Position numbers and translations under genes: made by a program. This document shows positions 11,269 through 21,655 of a stretch of 64,000 nt of DNA, in pieces; the first letter of the stretch is position 1; the number at the start of each line of letters is the position of its first letter. The stretch comes from a virus: the IMG/VR virus record IMGVR_UViG_3300020424_000652. One strand, given 5' to 3'. The notes beneath the pieces are model-generated. The model did not search any database and was not told where the DNA came from. It saw only the letters and a program-made list of their open reading frames with translations.

Positions 11269-13080
11269 ATGGGATATAAATTAAACAAGACAGACGGAAC
11301 ATTATTAGTAGATTTAGTTGACGGACAATTAGATACCACTACTACTTCCATCGGTCTGATTGGAAAAAATTATACAGGATTTGGTGAAACCCTAAACGAA
11401 AACATGATCAAGATGTTGGAGAATTTTGCCAACACATCAGCACCATCTGTTCCATTGAAAGGACAGCTTTGGTATGATACTGCATCAGCAAGAATAAAAG
11501 TTTATGATGGCACTTCATTTAAAGAAAGTGGAGGTCCTATTGTGTCTACTTCACAACCTAACAACATGGTGTCAGGAGATTTATGGTTAAACAGTTTAAC
11601 AAATCAATTATACTTTTATGATGGAACTGATCTAACTTTAGCAGGACCAGTATACACAGCACAGCAAGGTAAATCAGGATTTGAAACTGTCACAGCATTA
11701 GATACACAAAACAATAGTAAAACAACTGTAAGATTTTTTATAGGTGGCACACTTGTAGGAGTTTTTGCAAACGAAGAATTTACTCCAGCAGTAGGATACA
11801 CAGTTCCAGGAATAACTGGAAATATCAAAAAAGGTTTTAACTTAATAGATGGTGTAAACTTTGTATACAGAGGCACAGCAGATTCGGCCTTGTCATTAAC
11901 AGATAGCCAAGGAAATACAAGAACACCAGCACAGCTTTTACCAGCAGATTCAAATGGTGTAACAATAGGAACTTTGACAGTAAGTAACTCAGGTGGACTT
12001 ACAATAGGAACAGCACAAAACAACATACAAAAAATTGTTGGTACAAGTTATGTTACAGAAAATCAACTTTCAAATCATGATTGGAAAGTAAGAGTTAGAA
12101 AAACTACAGGTTACGTTGATGCAATCGTTGTTGATACTGATCTATCTAATGTAGGAATATTTAAGTCACAGCCATTACATACTTTACACGTTGGTGGAGA
12201 TGTTAAAGTTGACGGACAATTAATTGTTACTGGTACAACTACAAGCATTGATACACAAAATTTAAGAGTTGAAGACAAGAATATAGAACTTGCAATACAA
12301 TCAGACAGTACTGTAGGCAACAATGCCGCAGTAGATGGTGGTGGTATTATTTTAAAATCATCAGACTTAGACAAAGAATTTGTTTGGAGAAACAATACCC
12401 AATCTTGGACATCAAGTGAAAACATTGATCTTGCCGCAACTAAAGGTTTCAAGGTCAACGGAAACGAAGTGTTAAATGAGACAGCTTTAGGATCACAGGT
12501 TACAAGTGCATTAGGTTTAACACAGATAGGTACACTTACAACTTTAAGTGTAGATAATATTACTTTAAATGATTATGCCATATCAACATCAGGTGGTGGA
12601 TTGCAGATCACAAGTGATGGTACTATTACAATCACTAACAATCAAAAGATTACAGGACTTGCAAATCCAACTACTGATACTGATGCTTCTAACAAGTTTT
12701 ACGTTGATGATTCAATTGACAATGAGCCAGTAATTGTTCCATTGGATATTACAGGACTTACAAACGCCAATATTGCAACAATTATTGAAGACATTTATCC
12801 AGCGGCAAATAAGAAAAATGGATCATATGCTTATGTTCCAACATCAACATTAACTGGTGCAACAGTTAGTGGTATTGATGTAAACTCTGTTGCTAACAAA
12901 TCTTTCATAGCAGTTGATGCCAATGGTGTGCAAAATCAGAGTGTTTTGCAAGATATTGCGTTTAATAATGCATCAGGTACAGTTAGTTCATCTGTTGCTA
13001 GAGGCCTTAAAAGGTATAAAGTACAAGCAGGAGTATGGGTATTTGACACAGATCTAGGTAGTAGCGGCGGACTGTGGTAA
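11269..13080 (+). CDS. Tail fibre-like virion protein
   Basis: Shared N-terminal module (GKNYTGFGE..NEN...LENFA...GQLWYD); T/S/G-rich; 'ITGLANPTTDTDASNKFYVD' fibre repeat. Confidence 0.75.
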   Translation: MGYKLNKTDGTLLVDLVDGQLDTTTTSIGLIGKNYTGFGETLNENMIKMLENFANTSAPSVPLKGQLWYDTASARIKVYDGTSFKESGGPIVSTSQPNNMVSGDLWLNSLTNQLYFYDGTDLTLAGPVYTAQQGKSGFETVTALDTQNNSKTTVRFFIGGTLVGVFANEEFTPAVGYTVPGITGNIKKGFNLIDGVNFVYRGTADSALSLTDSQGNTRTPAQLLPADSNGVTIGTLTVSNSGGLTIGTAQNNIQKIVGTSYVTENQLSNHDWKVRVRKTTGYVDAIVVDTDLSNVGIFKSQPLHTLHVGGDVKVDGQLIVTGTTTSIDTQNLRVEDKNIELAIQSDSTVGNNAAVDGGGIILKSSDLDKEFVWRNNTQSWTSSENIDLAATKGFKVNGNEVLNETALGSQVTSALGLTQIGTLTTLSVDNITLNDYAISTSGGGLQITSDGTITITNNQKITGLANPTTDTDASNKFYVDDSIDNEPVIVPLDITGLTNANIATIIEDIYPAANKKNGSYAYVPTSTLTGATVSGIDVNSVANKSFIAVDANGVQNQSVLQDIAFNNASGTVSSSVARGLKRYKVQAGVWVFDTDLGSSGGLW

Positions 13081-13083
13081 AAG

Positions 13084-13090
13084 ATAAATA
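13084..13090 (+). promoter_or_regulatory. T4-late-like promoter motif (ATAAATA)
   Basis: In the 29-nt intergenic gap before the 13110 start. Confidence 0.5.
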
Positions 13091-13109
13091 GTTACATAGG
13101 GGTTATAGA

Positions 13110-14597
13110 ATGGCATATACTATAGATAGATACAGCGGAGTTACACTTACAACGGTGGAAGACGGTACAGTTGATCAAACTACCGATATTAAACTTGTTG
13201 GTAAGAATTACGCTGGATATGGTGAAATACAAAACGAGAATTTTTTACATTTATTAGAAAATTTTAGCGGTACATCACAACCACCGAAAGCAATTTCAGG
13301 GCAAATTTGGTTTGATCAAACTGCAAGTAAATTAAAATTTTATGATGGTTCTAGATTTAGAACAACAGGTGGTGCAGAAGTAAGTGCTACACAACCAGCT
13401 GGTTTAGCCACTGGTGATCTATGGTGGGATTCTACTAACCAACAATTATATGCTTACAGCGGATCAGGATATGTTTTAATTGGTCCACAAGGTGCAGGTG
13501 CAACTGTAACACAGATGAAATCTGCAACAATCAGAGACACCACAAACACAAACAGATTAGTTATTAAAGCGATTGTCAACGACGAAGTAATATTCATTAT
13601 TAGTGCAGTATCATTTACAATAGATAGCACAGATCCATCAAATGCTGTAACAGGTTTTGATGTAATCAAAAAAGGACTTACTTTAAGAAACACAATGAAC
13701 GCAACAGGAGGTGTAACAAGCACCACTGATTACTATTGGGGTACAGCAAGTAACTCATTAAAACTTGGTGGATATAGTGCATCAGATTTTGCTTTAGCAG
13801 GATCAGGAGCATTCAACAGCCTAGTTACATTTGCAGATGCTGGTATTGCCATTGGTGATTCAAGCGATTTAAAAATTTATGTTGAAAATGACAATCAAGG
13901 AGTAATTCAAAACGAAGTTGGACAAATGATCAAGTTCAAGGTTGATGATGCACAAGGAACTGTGCATGAGCCTGTACGTTTAGAAGCAACAGGTTTAAAT
14001 CCATCAGCAAACTTACAATACAATTTAGGAACATCTACTTTACAGTACAACTCAGTGTTTGCAAGTTCTTTCAACGGAACTGCAACAAAAGCCGCTACTT
14101 TACAAGTAGGTACAAATTTTAGATCAGGATCAACTGCGGCAACAAATAACACGGTTGCAGTTAGAGACGGATCAGGTAACTTGGTAGCAAACTTATTCAC
14201 AGGTACAGCTACACAGGCACAATACGCTGACTTGGCAGAGAAATATACAACTGACCAAGAACATCCAGTAGGAACAATCATGACTATTCCTACTATGAGA
14301 GATGGCGATATGGGTGATGCCGAAATGATAGCTTGTGATTTAGATGGAATACCAACAGGTGTTATATCCGACAAACCAGCATACTTAATGAATGCTGAAG
14401 CAGAAGGTCAAGCAGTAGCACTTAAAGGTAAAGTTCCAGTTAGAGTCACAGGTCCAGTATTCAAAGGCGATCCGATTTATTCAAACATCGACGGTGTGGG
14501 TTCACAAATTATCCAAGATGGTAAAATGATTGGTATTGCACTTGAAACAAACGAAGACGAAGAAGAAAAATTAGTCGAAGTATTTTTGAAGGTGTAA
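13110..14597 (+). CDS. Tail fibre-like protein with C-terminal intramolecular chaperone/autocleavage-type domain
   Basis: Same N-terminal module; C-terminal 'AQYADLAEKY...GVISDKPAYLMN...VALKGKVPVRVTGPVFKGD...IGIALE' is typical of peptidase-G2/IMC-like tail domains. Confidence 0.75.
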   Translation: MAYTIDRYSGVTLTTVEDGTVDQTTDIKLVGKNYAGYGEIQNENFLHLLENFSGTSQPPKAISGQIWFDQTASKLKFYDGSRFRTTGGAEVSATQPAGLATGDLWWDSTNQQLYAYSGSGYVLIGPQGAGATVTQMKSATIRDTTNTNRLVIKAIVNDEVIFIISAVSFTIDSTDPSNAVTGFDVIKKGLTLRNTMNATGGVTSTTDYYWGTASNSLKLGGYSASDFALAGSGAFNSLVTFADAGIAIGDSSDLKIYVENDNQGVIQNEVGQMIKFKVDDAQGTVHEPVRLEATGLNPSANLQYNLGTSTLQYNSVFASSFNGTATKAATLQVGTNFRSGSTAATNNTVAVRDGSGNLVANLFTGTATQAQYADLAEKYTTDQEHPVGTIMTIPTMRDGDMGDAEMIACDLDGIPTGVISDKPAYLMNAEAEGQAVALKGKVPVRVTGPVFKGDPIYSNIDGVGSQIIQDGKMIGIALETNEDEEEKLVEVFLKV

Positions 14598-14601
14598 TTA
14601 A

Positions 14602-15492
14602 ATGGCAATAGGTGATATTATCACAGCGGCAAGGTACAACAACTTGCAATCAAGAGTAGCAACGATAATGGGAACAGGGTCAGGAGACGATGGCTACGGT
14701 CAAACTCTAAATTCTGCTCAGGTTGCCGCGAGTGCAACAGTAAACGCAACTGATATGTCCACCCTTTACACAGATATTGCAAATGGCAGAGTACACCAAA
14801 CAGGAGTAACACCAACTGAGATAGCTATTATTTCACAATCAGATGTTGTGTTAGATAGTGATACTATTAATAAAAAAGGTGTTGCACAATTTGAAAATTT
14901 AACTACTACCTTAGAGAATGAAAAGTTTCAAATACATTCATCACAAGGTACAGCAGAAGCGGCCATTTCCGCTCAGTACACATCAAACTGGAATGGAACA
15001 TTAGCACACTTAATAGATGTAACATTTACTGATGCAGATCATAGAAGACAATTTTTTAATGCTGGTGGAGAAATCCGTACAGCGGCAAATATTGCAAAAA
15101 ACAGTCCACCTGCTAAAACACTTGACTGGATGACCATGCTTTCAAACATGGGTACAGTGAAAATGGGTTACACTTCAACAAGTGCAACAGGATCAGGATC
15201 AGGTACAACTGTTGGATTTCATGATCTAACTACATCTTTTCAGGACTTATTTGTTAAAAATGGTACTGGTTTGTATGCGGCCAACAACTATACACTCAAA
15301 GGCAGAATAGTTGGAACCAATCAAGTTCAATTAAGAGCTGAATTTAATGACGCAAACACAGGTAATCCAAACTATGATGAAGATGTTGAAGGTACTTTAA
15401 CAAGTACGGTCACTCAATTTAGAGCAACTGGCTCTTATGTTTCTGTTCCAACACCAACTTACCAAACAAACGCTGGTTCAAACTTAACGTAA
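14602..15492 (+). CDS. Putative virion structural protein
   Basis: T/G/S/A-rich 296 aa, contiguous with the fibre genes. Confidence 0.55.
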   Translation: MAIGDIITAARYNNLQSRVATIMGTGSGDDGYGQTLNSAQVAASATVNATDMSTLYTDIANGRVHQTGVTPTEIAIISQSDVVLDSDTINKKGVAQFENLTTTLENEKFQIHSSQGTAEAAISAQYTSNWNGTLAHLIDVTFTDADHRRQFFNAGGEIRTAANIAKNSPPAKTLDWMTMLSNMGTVKMGYTSTSATGSGSGTTVGFHDLTTSFQDLFVKNGTGLYAANNYTLKGRIVGTNQVQLRAEFNDANTGNPNYDEDVEGTLTSTVTQFRATGSYVSVPTPTYQTNAGSNLT

Positions 15493-15508
15493 CCAATCAC
15501 TTTTTTAT

Positions 15509-15515
15509 CTAAATA
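15509..15515 (+). promoter_or_regulatory. T4-late-like promoter motif (CTAAATA) at the head of the modification island
   Basis: TAAATA core in the gap before 15539. Confidence 0.4.
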
Positions 15516-15538
15516 GTAGTAGCAACTGGATTATTACT

Positions 15539-15901
15539 ATGGATGAACGATTACAAAAAGCATTAGATTTTTCAAACTACATGGTAACTCTTAATAACCA
15601 AAAGAGAGTGCTAAAGGAACAGTATTTTGAAAACAGAATTCATTACTTTAACGGTGGACAATTTTCTGTAACAAATGAATTGTTATCTTTTGTAGGATTG
15701 CTATGCGAAAAAGGTGACACAACTAATATCCCTATCATTGACGATAATGATGTTCCTGTGAAAATACCTGATCTCAATGTGTTCTTTGATGACATCATGG
15801 ATGTCTACTTTCAATCTTCAAATGAATATCACGCAGAGTATGAAAAAATTAGAACTAAGAGAAAAGTTTCTGGGTTGGTAGACTATGACGAAGACAAATA
15901 A
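15539..15901 (+). CDS. Hypothetical protein
   Basis: 120-aa ORF overlapping the next gene. Confidence 0.7.
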   Translation: MDERLQKALDFSNYMVTLNNQKRVLKEQYFENRIHYFNGGQFSVTNELLSFVGLLCEKGDTTNIPIIDDNDVPVKIPDLNVFFDDIMDVYFQSSNEYHAEYEKIRTKRKVSGLVDYDEDK

Positions 15902-16745
15902 AGGTGCATTAATCTTTGCTAGAAACAATGCTCAGATTGATTATATAAAACAAGCACGTTTTTCTGCACAAAGAATAAGAAAACATTTAGATATCCCAAC
16001 TAGTATTGTTACTGATAGTGTTGAATATTTGCAAAACACTTACAAAGACTACAATGAAGTGTTTGATCAAGTAATAGAAGTACCATACAAAACAGAATTT
16101 ACAAATAAAAAATATTTTGACGGTAGCGGAGTGTTCAAACATCTGCAATTTAAAAATGATTTACGCACAAAAGCCTATGAACTTACTCCTTATGACGAAA
16201 CTTTATTATTAGACAGCGATTATGTAATTGCAAATGATTTGTTTAAAAATTGTTTTGCACAAGAACACGATTTCTTAATATACAAAGATGCAAAGGATCT
16301 TACAAATTTCCGTGACACAGAAGAATTTCAAAAGATAAGTGATACAAGTGTAGATTTTTATTGGGCCACTGTAATATATTTTAAAAAATCAGAACAAAAC
16401 AAAATATTTTTTGACCTAACACAGCATATACAAGAAAACTGGGATCATTACAACAGCATATTCCAAGTAAACAAAGGAATATTTAGAAATGATCATGTGT
16501 TTAGTATAGCAATACACATCATGAATGGTTATCAAAAGGGTGACTTTGCACATAAGTTGCCTGGAATAAAATATTATACAGCAGATAGAGATATCTTATG
16601 GGATCTTGAAGATGATAATTTTTTCTTTTTGTTAGAGAAACAAAATCATCTGGGAGAATATACACCTTTGCGTATCAAAGGTAGTAGTGTTCATGTTATG
16701 AACAAATTTAGTTTGAACAGAATCATAGATAAAGGAGAAATGTAA
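15885..16745 (+). CDS. Glycosyltransferase-like protein (GT-A, DxD)
   Basis: 'AYELTPYDETLLLDSDY' DxD motif; paralog of 17065. Confidence 0.65.
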   Translation: MTKTNKGALIFARNNAQIDYIKQARFSAQRIRKHLDIPTSIVTDSVEYLQNTYKDYNEVFDQVIEVPYKTEFTNKKYFDGSGVFKHLQFKNDLRTKAYELTPYDETLLLDSDYVIANDLFKNCFAQEHDFLIYKDAKDLTNFRDTEEFQKISDTSVDFYWATVIYFKKSEQNKIFFDLTQHIQENWDHYNSIFQVNKGIFRNDHVFSIAIHIMNGYQKGDFAHKLPGIKYYTADRDILWDLEDDNFFFLLEKQNHLGEYTPLRIKGSSVHVMNKFSLNRIIDKGEM

Positions 16746-16933
16746 TGGAAATAATCTGGGCTTTAATGTTGCAGGTATGCAGTTCGTTAGGATGCCAAGA
16801 TCAAATGGTTGCAGAATTCAACACACAAGATAATTGCCACATAGCACAATGGCAACATGAACAAATTCCAACTGACGGTGCTTGGAAAAGTGTTGAGTAT
16901 AAATGTATACCAAAAGGGAGCATAGGTGCATAA
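16745..16933 (+). CDS. Small Cys-containing hypothetical protein (DUF1482-like pattern)
   Basis: Hydrophobic N-terminus, four Cys; TAATG coupling with GGAG RBS. Confidence 0.55.
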   Translation: MEIIWALMLQVCSSLGCQDQMVAEFNTQDNCHIAQWQHEQIPTDGAWKSVEYKCIPKGSIGA

Positions 16934-17072
16934 GATAGTTTACGTAACAGAGGAACATATTTCCTGTACAGGTGAGAATGATGATCACCCTAAGGTATAT
17001 TACACACTTAAAAGTGGAGAAGCAGTATGTATGTACTGCAATATTAAATTTGTATTGAAAAAAGATGACTAA
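16926..17072 (+). CDS. zf-CHCC zinc-finger microprotein (NDUFS6-like), not in the ORF track
   Basis: GTG start after GGGAG; MHKIVYVTEEHISCTGENDDHPKVYYTLKSGEAVCMYCNIKFVLKKDD has the C..HP.VY..CxYC pattern of zf-CHCC. Confidence 0.8.
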   Translation: MHKIVYVTEEHISCTGENDDHPKVYYTLKSGEAVCMYCNIKFVLKKDD

Positions 17073-17898
17073 AGGATTTGTATTAATAGCACAAAACAGC
17101 GAATATGACTACGTACAACAGGCGTGTGCGTTGGCAATGAGTATACAAGCTACTAATGAAGCAAAGATTTGTTTAATAACCAACGATAAAGTGCCATCTA
17201 GGTATGAAAAATTGTTTGATGTCATAAAACCTATACCTTGGTCCGATGATGCACAAAGCAAAGATTGGAAAGTAGACAACAGATGGAAATTGTATCATGC
17301 AAGTCCATATGATCAAACTATTGTGTTGGATACAGATATGCTTGTACTACAAAATTTAGACAGTTGGTGGAAATTTTTAGAGAACTATGAAGTGTTTTAT
17401 GTAAGTAACGTGCAAACATATCGCGGAGATACAGTAGTTGACAACTATTATAGAAAAACATACAAAGCAAACAACTTGCCAAACATATATGCAGGATTTC
17501 ATTACTTTAAAAAATGTGCGTTTGCAAAAGAATTTTACACAATGTTAGAAATTGTAATGAACAACTGGGAAATGTTCTATGGCAAATATGCAAAGGAACA
17601 ATATCAAAAGTTTTTAAGTGTTGATACAAGCACAGCCATTGTAACAAAAATATTAGATTGTGAAGATAGGATTACTAACAGCAGAGTTAAATTTCCTACT
17701 TTCACCCATATGAAAACACACATACAAGGTTGGAAGAATGCCAGTGCAACATGGCGCAGTAGAGTAGGTGCTTACTTGACAGACAACTTAGAACTAAAAA
17801 TAGGCAACCATTTACAATCAGGAATATTTCATTACACGGAAAAAGAGTTTTTAGATGACAATAAAATTAAAAAATACGAAAGGTATCTGAAAATATGA
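17065..17898 (+). CDS. Glycosyltransferase-like protein (GT-A, DxD)
   Basis: 'LYHASPYDQTIVLDTDML'; paralog of 15885. Confidence 0.65.
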   Translation: MTKGFVLIAQNSEYDYVQQACALAMSIQATNEAKICLITNDKVPSRYEKLFDVIKPIPWSDDAQSKDWKVDNRWKLYHASPYDQTIVLDTDMLVLQNLDSWWKFLENYEVFYVSNVQTYRGDTVVDNYYRKTYKANNLPNIYAGFHYFKKCAFAKEFYTMLEIVMNNWEMFYGKYAKEQYQKFLSVDTSTAIVTKILDCEDRITNSRVKFPTFTHMKTHIQGWKNASATWRSRVGAYLTDNLELKIGNHLQSGIFHYTEKEFLDDNKIKKYERYLKI

Positions 17899-18485
17899 AA
17901 CTTTCGATAACATTAAAGAATGAGAGATTCGCTGTGTTTAATCCAGACACAGGGGAGCTACTGTCTTTGCCCAATGAAAAACCAACCCAAGGGTCTTACA
18001 TACCAGTTGCTGAAGAAGATGTAAAACCTATTTTAGAGGGCAGAGACAGTATGCAATTTTATTATGTGCATTATATTAAAAGAGCAAAAACATATGAGCT
18101 AAGACAAAGAGCAAATCATGACATTGATAGTTATTTTGTTGATGATATGATTTATGAAGTGCCAACAAGCAAACAAGATAATGCAGATATAACAATTACA
18201 AAAAATGTAAAAGATACCTGTTGGAAAGTTACAGTAGGAGGAGAATTGTACGAAAATATACTTGCACAAAAAATAAGTTTGGGCAACAGTAGGTTTAGTT
18301 TTAGTTGTACCAAGAAGGACGATCCTAATATTTTGTATAAAACAATTAAATTTACATTTGATAAATTGATAGACGGTAAGTACATTGTTGTTCCTTTCAG
18401 CGAAAAGTTTGAATTTAATAACGATCCTATTGGAGTGTATACAATTAAAAAGTTTGAAAAGTATGCGTATGAGGTGATAGAATGA
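17895..18485 (+). CDS. Hypothetical protein
   Basis: 196-aa ORF, ATGA-coupled on both sides. Confidence 0.7.
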   Translation: MKLSITLKNERFAVFNPDTGELLSLPNEKPTQGSYIPVAEEDVKPILEGRDSMQFYYVHYIKRAKTYELRQRANHDIDSYFVDDMIYEVPTSKQDNADITITKNVKDTCWKVTVGGELYENILAQKISLGNSRFSFSCTKKDDPNILYKTIKFTFDKLIDGKYIVVPFSEKFEFNNDPIGVYTIKKFEKYAYEVIE

Positions 18486-19375
18486 AACTAAACATAGCAG
18501 AGCAAGATATTATATTTTTAAGTTATGATGAGCCTAACTGTGAAAAAAATTATGTTGACCTTGTGTCTAAATGTCCATGGGCTAAAAGAGTGCATGGTGT
18601 AGAAGGATCTGATGCGGCACATAAAGCCTGTGCTGAATTGTCAGAAACTAAACATTTTGTTACAGTGGATGGTGACACTATCATTGATCCTAATTTTCTA
18701 AATGTTGTTTTAGACTTAGATGAAATGGGAGTTGATGATGATTATCAATTTAGTTGGTGTGGCAAAATTAACATCAATGGACTAAAATATGGTAACGGCA
18801 GTTTGAAAATGTGGACCAAAGATTTTGTTAAAAATATGAAAACGCATGAAAATACAGATGGCAGTGATGATACGCAAATAGAATTTTGTTATTTCGATAA
18901 TTACTACCAAATGAATGACAACTTTAGTGAAAGTATTATTAATGCAACACCGCACCAAGCCTGGAGAGCAGGATTTAGAGAAGGTGTTAAGATGAGCTTA
19001 AACAGAGGAACAAAAGTTCAAGACGTTGCAAACGAAACATGGTGGCAAAATTATCATAGACTATTGATATGGATGAATGTTGGCATGGACGTTGTTAATG
19101 GTGAATATGCAATACTTGGAGCAAGAGAAGGTTGCTATAAAGTTTTAGGAACAGATTGGGATCACAGTCAGACCAGAGACTTTACAATACTAAACCAACT
19201 ATGGGAAGAAAAATGTTTTAAAGAATCGCCAGCTATAGAACGTATTACGCATCTTGGACAGAAATTACAAGAGCTAGAATTACCTATTAGCAAACAACCT
19301 CTTGATGCAAAGCAAAGTGAATTTTTCAAAACAGTTTACATCAACACCGAAAGGGTGCTTGGTAGAAAGTTTTAA
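18482..19375 (+). CDS. Glycosyltransferase-like protein (GT2-like)
   Basis: 'FLSYDEP...KRVHGVEG...FVTVDGD' DxD motif; paralog of 27075. Confidence 0.6.
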   Translation: MKLNIAEQDIIFLSYDEPNCEKNYVDLVSKCPWAKRVHGVEGSDAAHKACAELSETKHFVTVDGDTIIDPNFLNVVLDLDEMGVDDDYQFSWCGKININGLKYGNGSLKMWTKDFVKNMKTHENTDGSDDTQIEFCYFDNYYQMNDNFSESIINATPHQAWRAGFREGVKMSLNRGTKVQDVANETWWQNYHRLLIWMNVGMDVVNGEYAILGAREGCYKVLGTDWDHSQTRDFTILNQLWEEKCFKESPAIERITHLGQKLQELELPISKQPLDAKQSEFFKTVYINTERVLGRKF

Positions 19376-20754
19376 TGAGTGAATTAGATAAAATTAAACA
19401 GTTGATGCCTTTTATCGAAGATCAAACTTCGGAAACATTCTGCTTGGCCAAATGGCATCACACAACAATTTATCTTGCAACAGGCGAAACGCATAGTTGT
19501 TATCACCCTGCTCCGCATAAGATACCCTTAGAAGAACTTAAAAATAATCCAAGTGCGTTGCACAACACAATAGAAAAGAAAGCACAACGTAAGATGATGC
19601 TTGACGGTCATAAGCCAGATGGTTGTAGCTATTGTTGGAACATTGAATCTATGGGTAAAGACTTTGTAAGTGATAGACACATTAAAACAACAAGCATTTA
19701 CACAGAAGAAAGATTAGAAGAAATAAAAACAAAAGCCGCGGACTTCAATGTCAATCCAGAATACATAGAAATAAGTTTTAGTAACGAATGCAATTTCAAA
19801 TGTGGATATTGTCACCCTAAAGCATCAAGTAGATATTGGAATGAAATAAAACAACATGGACCTTATGCAAAGTCTACTGTTCATAGACAGGACATTGATT
19901 GGTTCAAGGTATATGCAAAGGAAGAAGAAAATCCTTACGTAGATGCATGGTGGGAATGGTGGCCAGAAGTAAGCAAAACTTTAAATATTTTACGTATCAC
20001 TGGTGGTGAACCTTTGATGCACAAAAGTTTATGGGAACTGTTTGATAGATTAGACAAAGATCCCAAGCCACACTTACAAATAGAAGTAAACAGCAACATG
20101 GGTGTTAAGCCCAAATTGGTACAAAAATTAACTGATACTGTTAAGAATTTGAAGAAAGATGGTAAGATTCGCAGTTTTAAATTGTACACTAGCATTGATA
20201 CATGGGGACCTAAAGCCGAATATGCCAGAACAGGATTAGATATTGCTTTGTGGGAAAAGAATCTTGATTATTATCTAAGCAATACAGGTTGGCCAGTAAC
20301 GTTTATGATTACATTTAATATCTTTAGTGTTACAAGTTTTCATTTGCTATTGGAAAAAATACTTGAATGGAGACGCAAGTACAACAGTGATAATAACAGC
20401 ACCCAATGGCAACGCATAAGATTTGATACACCTCATTTAAAGGAACCAACTATATATGACATGAACATACTGCCAAAGGAAAAGTTTATGCCATTCATGT
20501 ATAAACATTTACAATTTATGCAGGCACATCAAGATGACGCTGACAGGACAAAATTTAGTTCATTGGAAGTAGAAAAATTTAGGCGTGTTGTTGTTTACAT
20601 GGCATCAACACATTATGAGCCATTAAAGTTAGAACAAGCACACAAAGACTTTTATAATTGGTTCACTGAATTTGATAAACGTAGAAATTGTAGTTTACCA
20701 GGTACGTTTCCTGAACTCAAAGGATTTTACAATGATTGTTCCAAAATGGTATAG
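19375..20754 (+). CDS. Radical SAM protein with N-terminal SPASM/twitch-like domain
   Basis: CNFKCGYC, ITGGEP; N-terminal C..KWHH...SCYH...CSYC. Confidence 0.9.
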   Translation: MSELDKIKQLMPFIEDQTSETFCLAKWHHTTIYLATGETHSCYHPAPHKIPLEELKNNPSALHNTIEKKAQRKMMLDGHKPDGCSYCWNIESMGKDFVSDRHIKTTSIYTEERLEEIKTKAADFNVNPEYIEISFSNECNFKCGYCHPKASSRYWNEIKQHGPYAKSTVHRQDIDWFKVYAKEEENPYVDAWWEWWPEVSKTLNILRITGGEPLMHKSLWELFDRLDKDPKPHLQIEVNSNMGVKPKLVQKLTDTVKNLKKDGKIRSFKLYTSIDTWGPKAEYARTGLDIALWEKNLDYYLSNTGWPVTFMITFNIFSVTSFHLLLEKILEWRRKYNSDNNSTQWQRIRFDTPHLKEPTIYDMNILPKEKFMPFMYKHLQFMQAHQDDADRTKFSSLEVEKFRRVVVYMASTHYEPLKLEQAHKDFYNWFTEFDKRRNCSLPGTFPELKGFYNDCSKMV

Positions 20755-21655
20755 TTTCAAACCTCATCATAGTCATAAGGACGGATTGTTTGTTGATTGT
20801 AAAAAGATAATAATAAATCACAACAACATCAAACCGCCACACATTAATCAAGACGTGCAAAATACAGAATTTTGGATCAAACGTAAAAGGAAAGAATGCA
20901 CAGTAGTTCTAGGAGAGAGTTGGACATATGGCGAAAGTTTAATGAATCTTGTGTCATCTAATCAACATAAATTTGACTTGGAAACACAAATTAACCATTG
21001 TTGGGGAACTACCACAGCTACTCTACTTGATACAGATTATTATCAATATGCAGTACCAGGTAACAACAATGCAACTATTTTTGGAGCAGTTGAAAGGATT
21101 TTACAAACTGTATGTCCTCTATATGATACTGTGTATTTGCTGATACAGATGACAGAACCAGCCCGTGAAGAGATCATTGTTAATGACTTACAGGAACAAA
21201 AACATCCACTTGCAAAACTTTACGACCAAGATTATGTAAAAGGAATGACGGTGAAGGAATGGTGTGTGCAAAATGAAGATATATTGTTTACACAACTAGA
21301 AACAACATTATCAAAATTTAAAAATGTTAAAACCACTGCATGGAAAAACTTTTGCACATTACAAAACAAAAATGATTATAATTTTAAAATTTTAGAAGAA
21401 ACATGGATTGAATTTAGTGCAAGGGTAAACGGACACAAAGTAAATAGCCCAGACTTTTATGTTGCAGGATGGTTACAAAATTTTCTAAAAATATTTCCTG
21501 GTATAGAGCATACTATGGAATATTTTAATCAACAATTAGATTTGATTGAAGCATCAAATAAATTTTTAAAAGAATGTCATGACCATATACCACACCCAGG
21601 ATCAGGTGCACACAAACTTTGGGGTTACAACGTATTTCAACTAATGGACAAGTAA
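20732..21655 (+). CDS. SGNH/GDSL-fold hydrolase/acyltransferase-like protein
   Basis: Block I 'LGESWTYG', 'PGNNN' and C-terminal 'IPHPG'; ATG at 20732 preferred over the track start. Confidence 0.55.
   Translation: MIVPKWYSFKPHHSHKDGLFVDCKKIIINHNNIKPPHINQDVQNTEFWIKRKRKECTVVLGESWTYGESLMNLVSSNQHKFDLETQINHCWGTTTATLLDTDYYQYAVPGNNNATIFGAVERILQTVCPLYDTVYLLIQMTEPAREEIIVNDLQEQKHPLAKLYDQDYVKGMTVKEWCVQNEDILFTQLETTLSKFKNVKTTAWKNFCTLQNKNDYNFKILEETWIEFSARVNGHKVNSPDFYVAGWLQNFLKIFPGIEHTMEYFNQQLDLIEASNKFLKECHDHIPHPGSGAHKLWGYNVFQLMDK

Noticed and set aside
942-14374. Many 60-160 aa minus-strand ORFs in the structural region (and similar shadow ORFs across the window)
   Set aside because: They lie antisense to or nested in long genes with clear motifs, mirror the coding-strand codon bias and lack recognisable motifs
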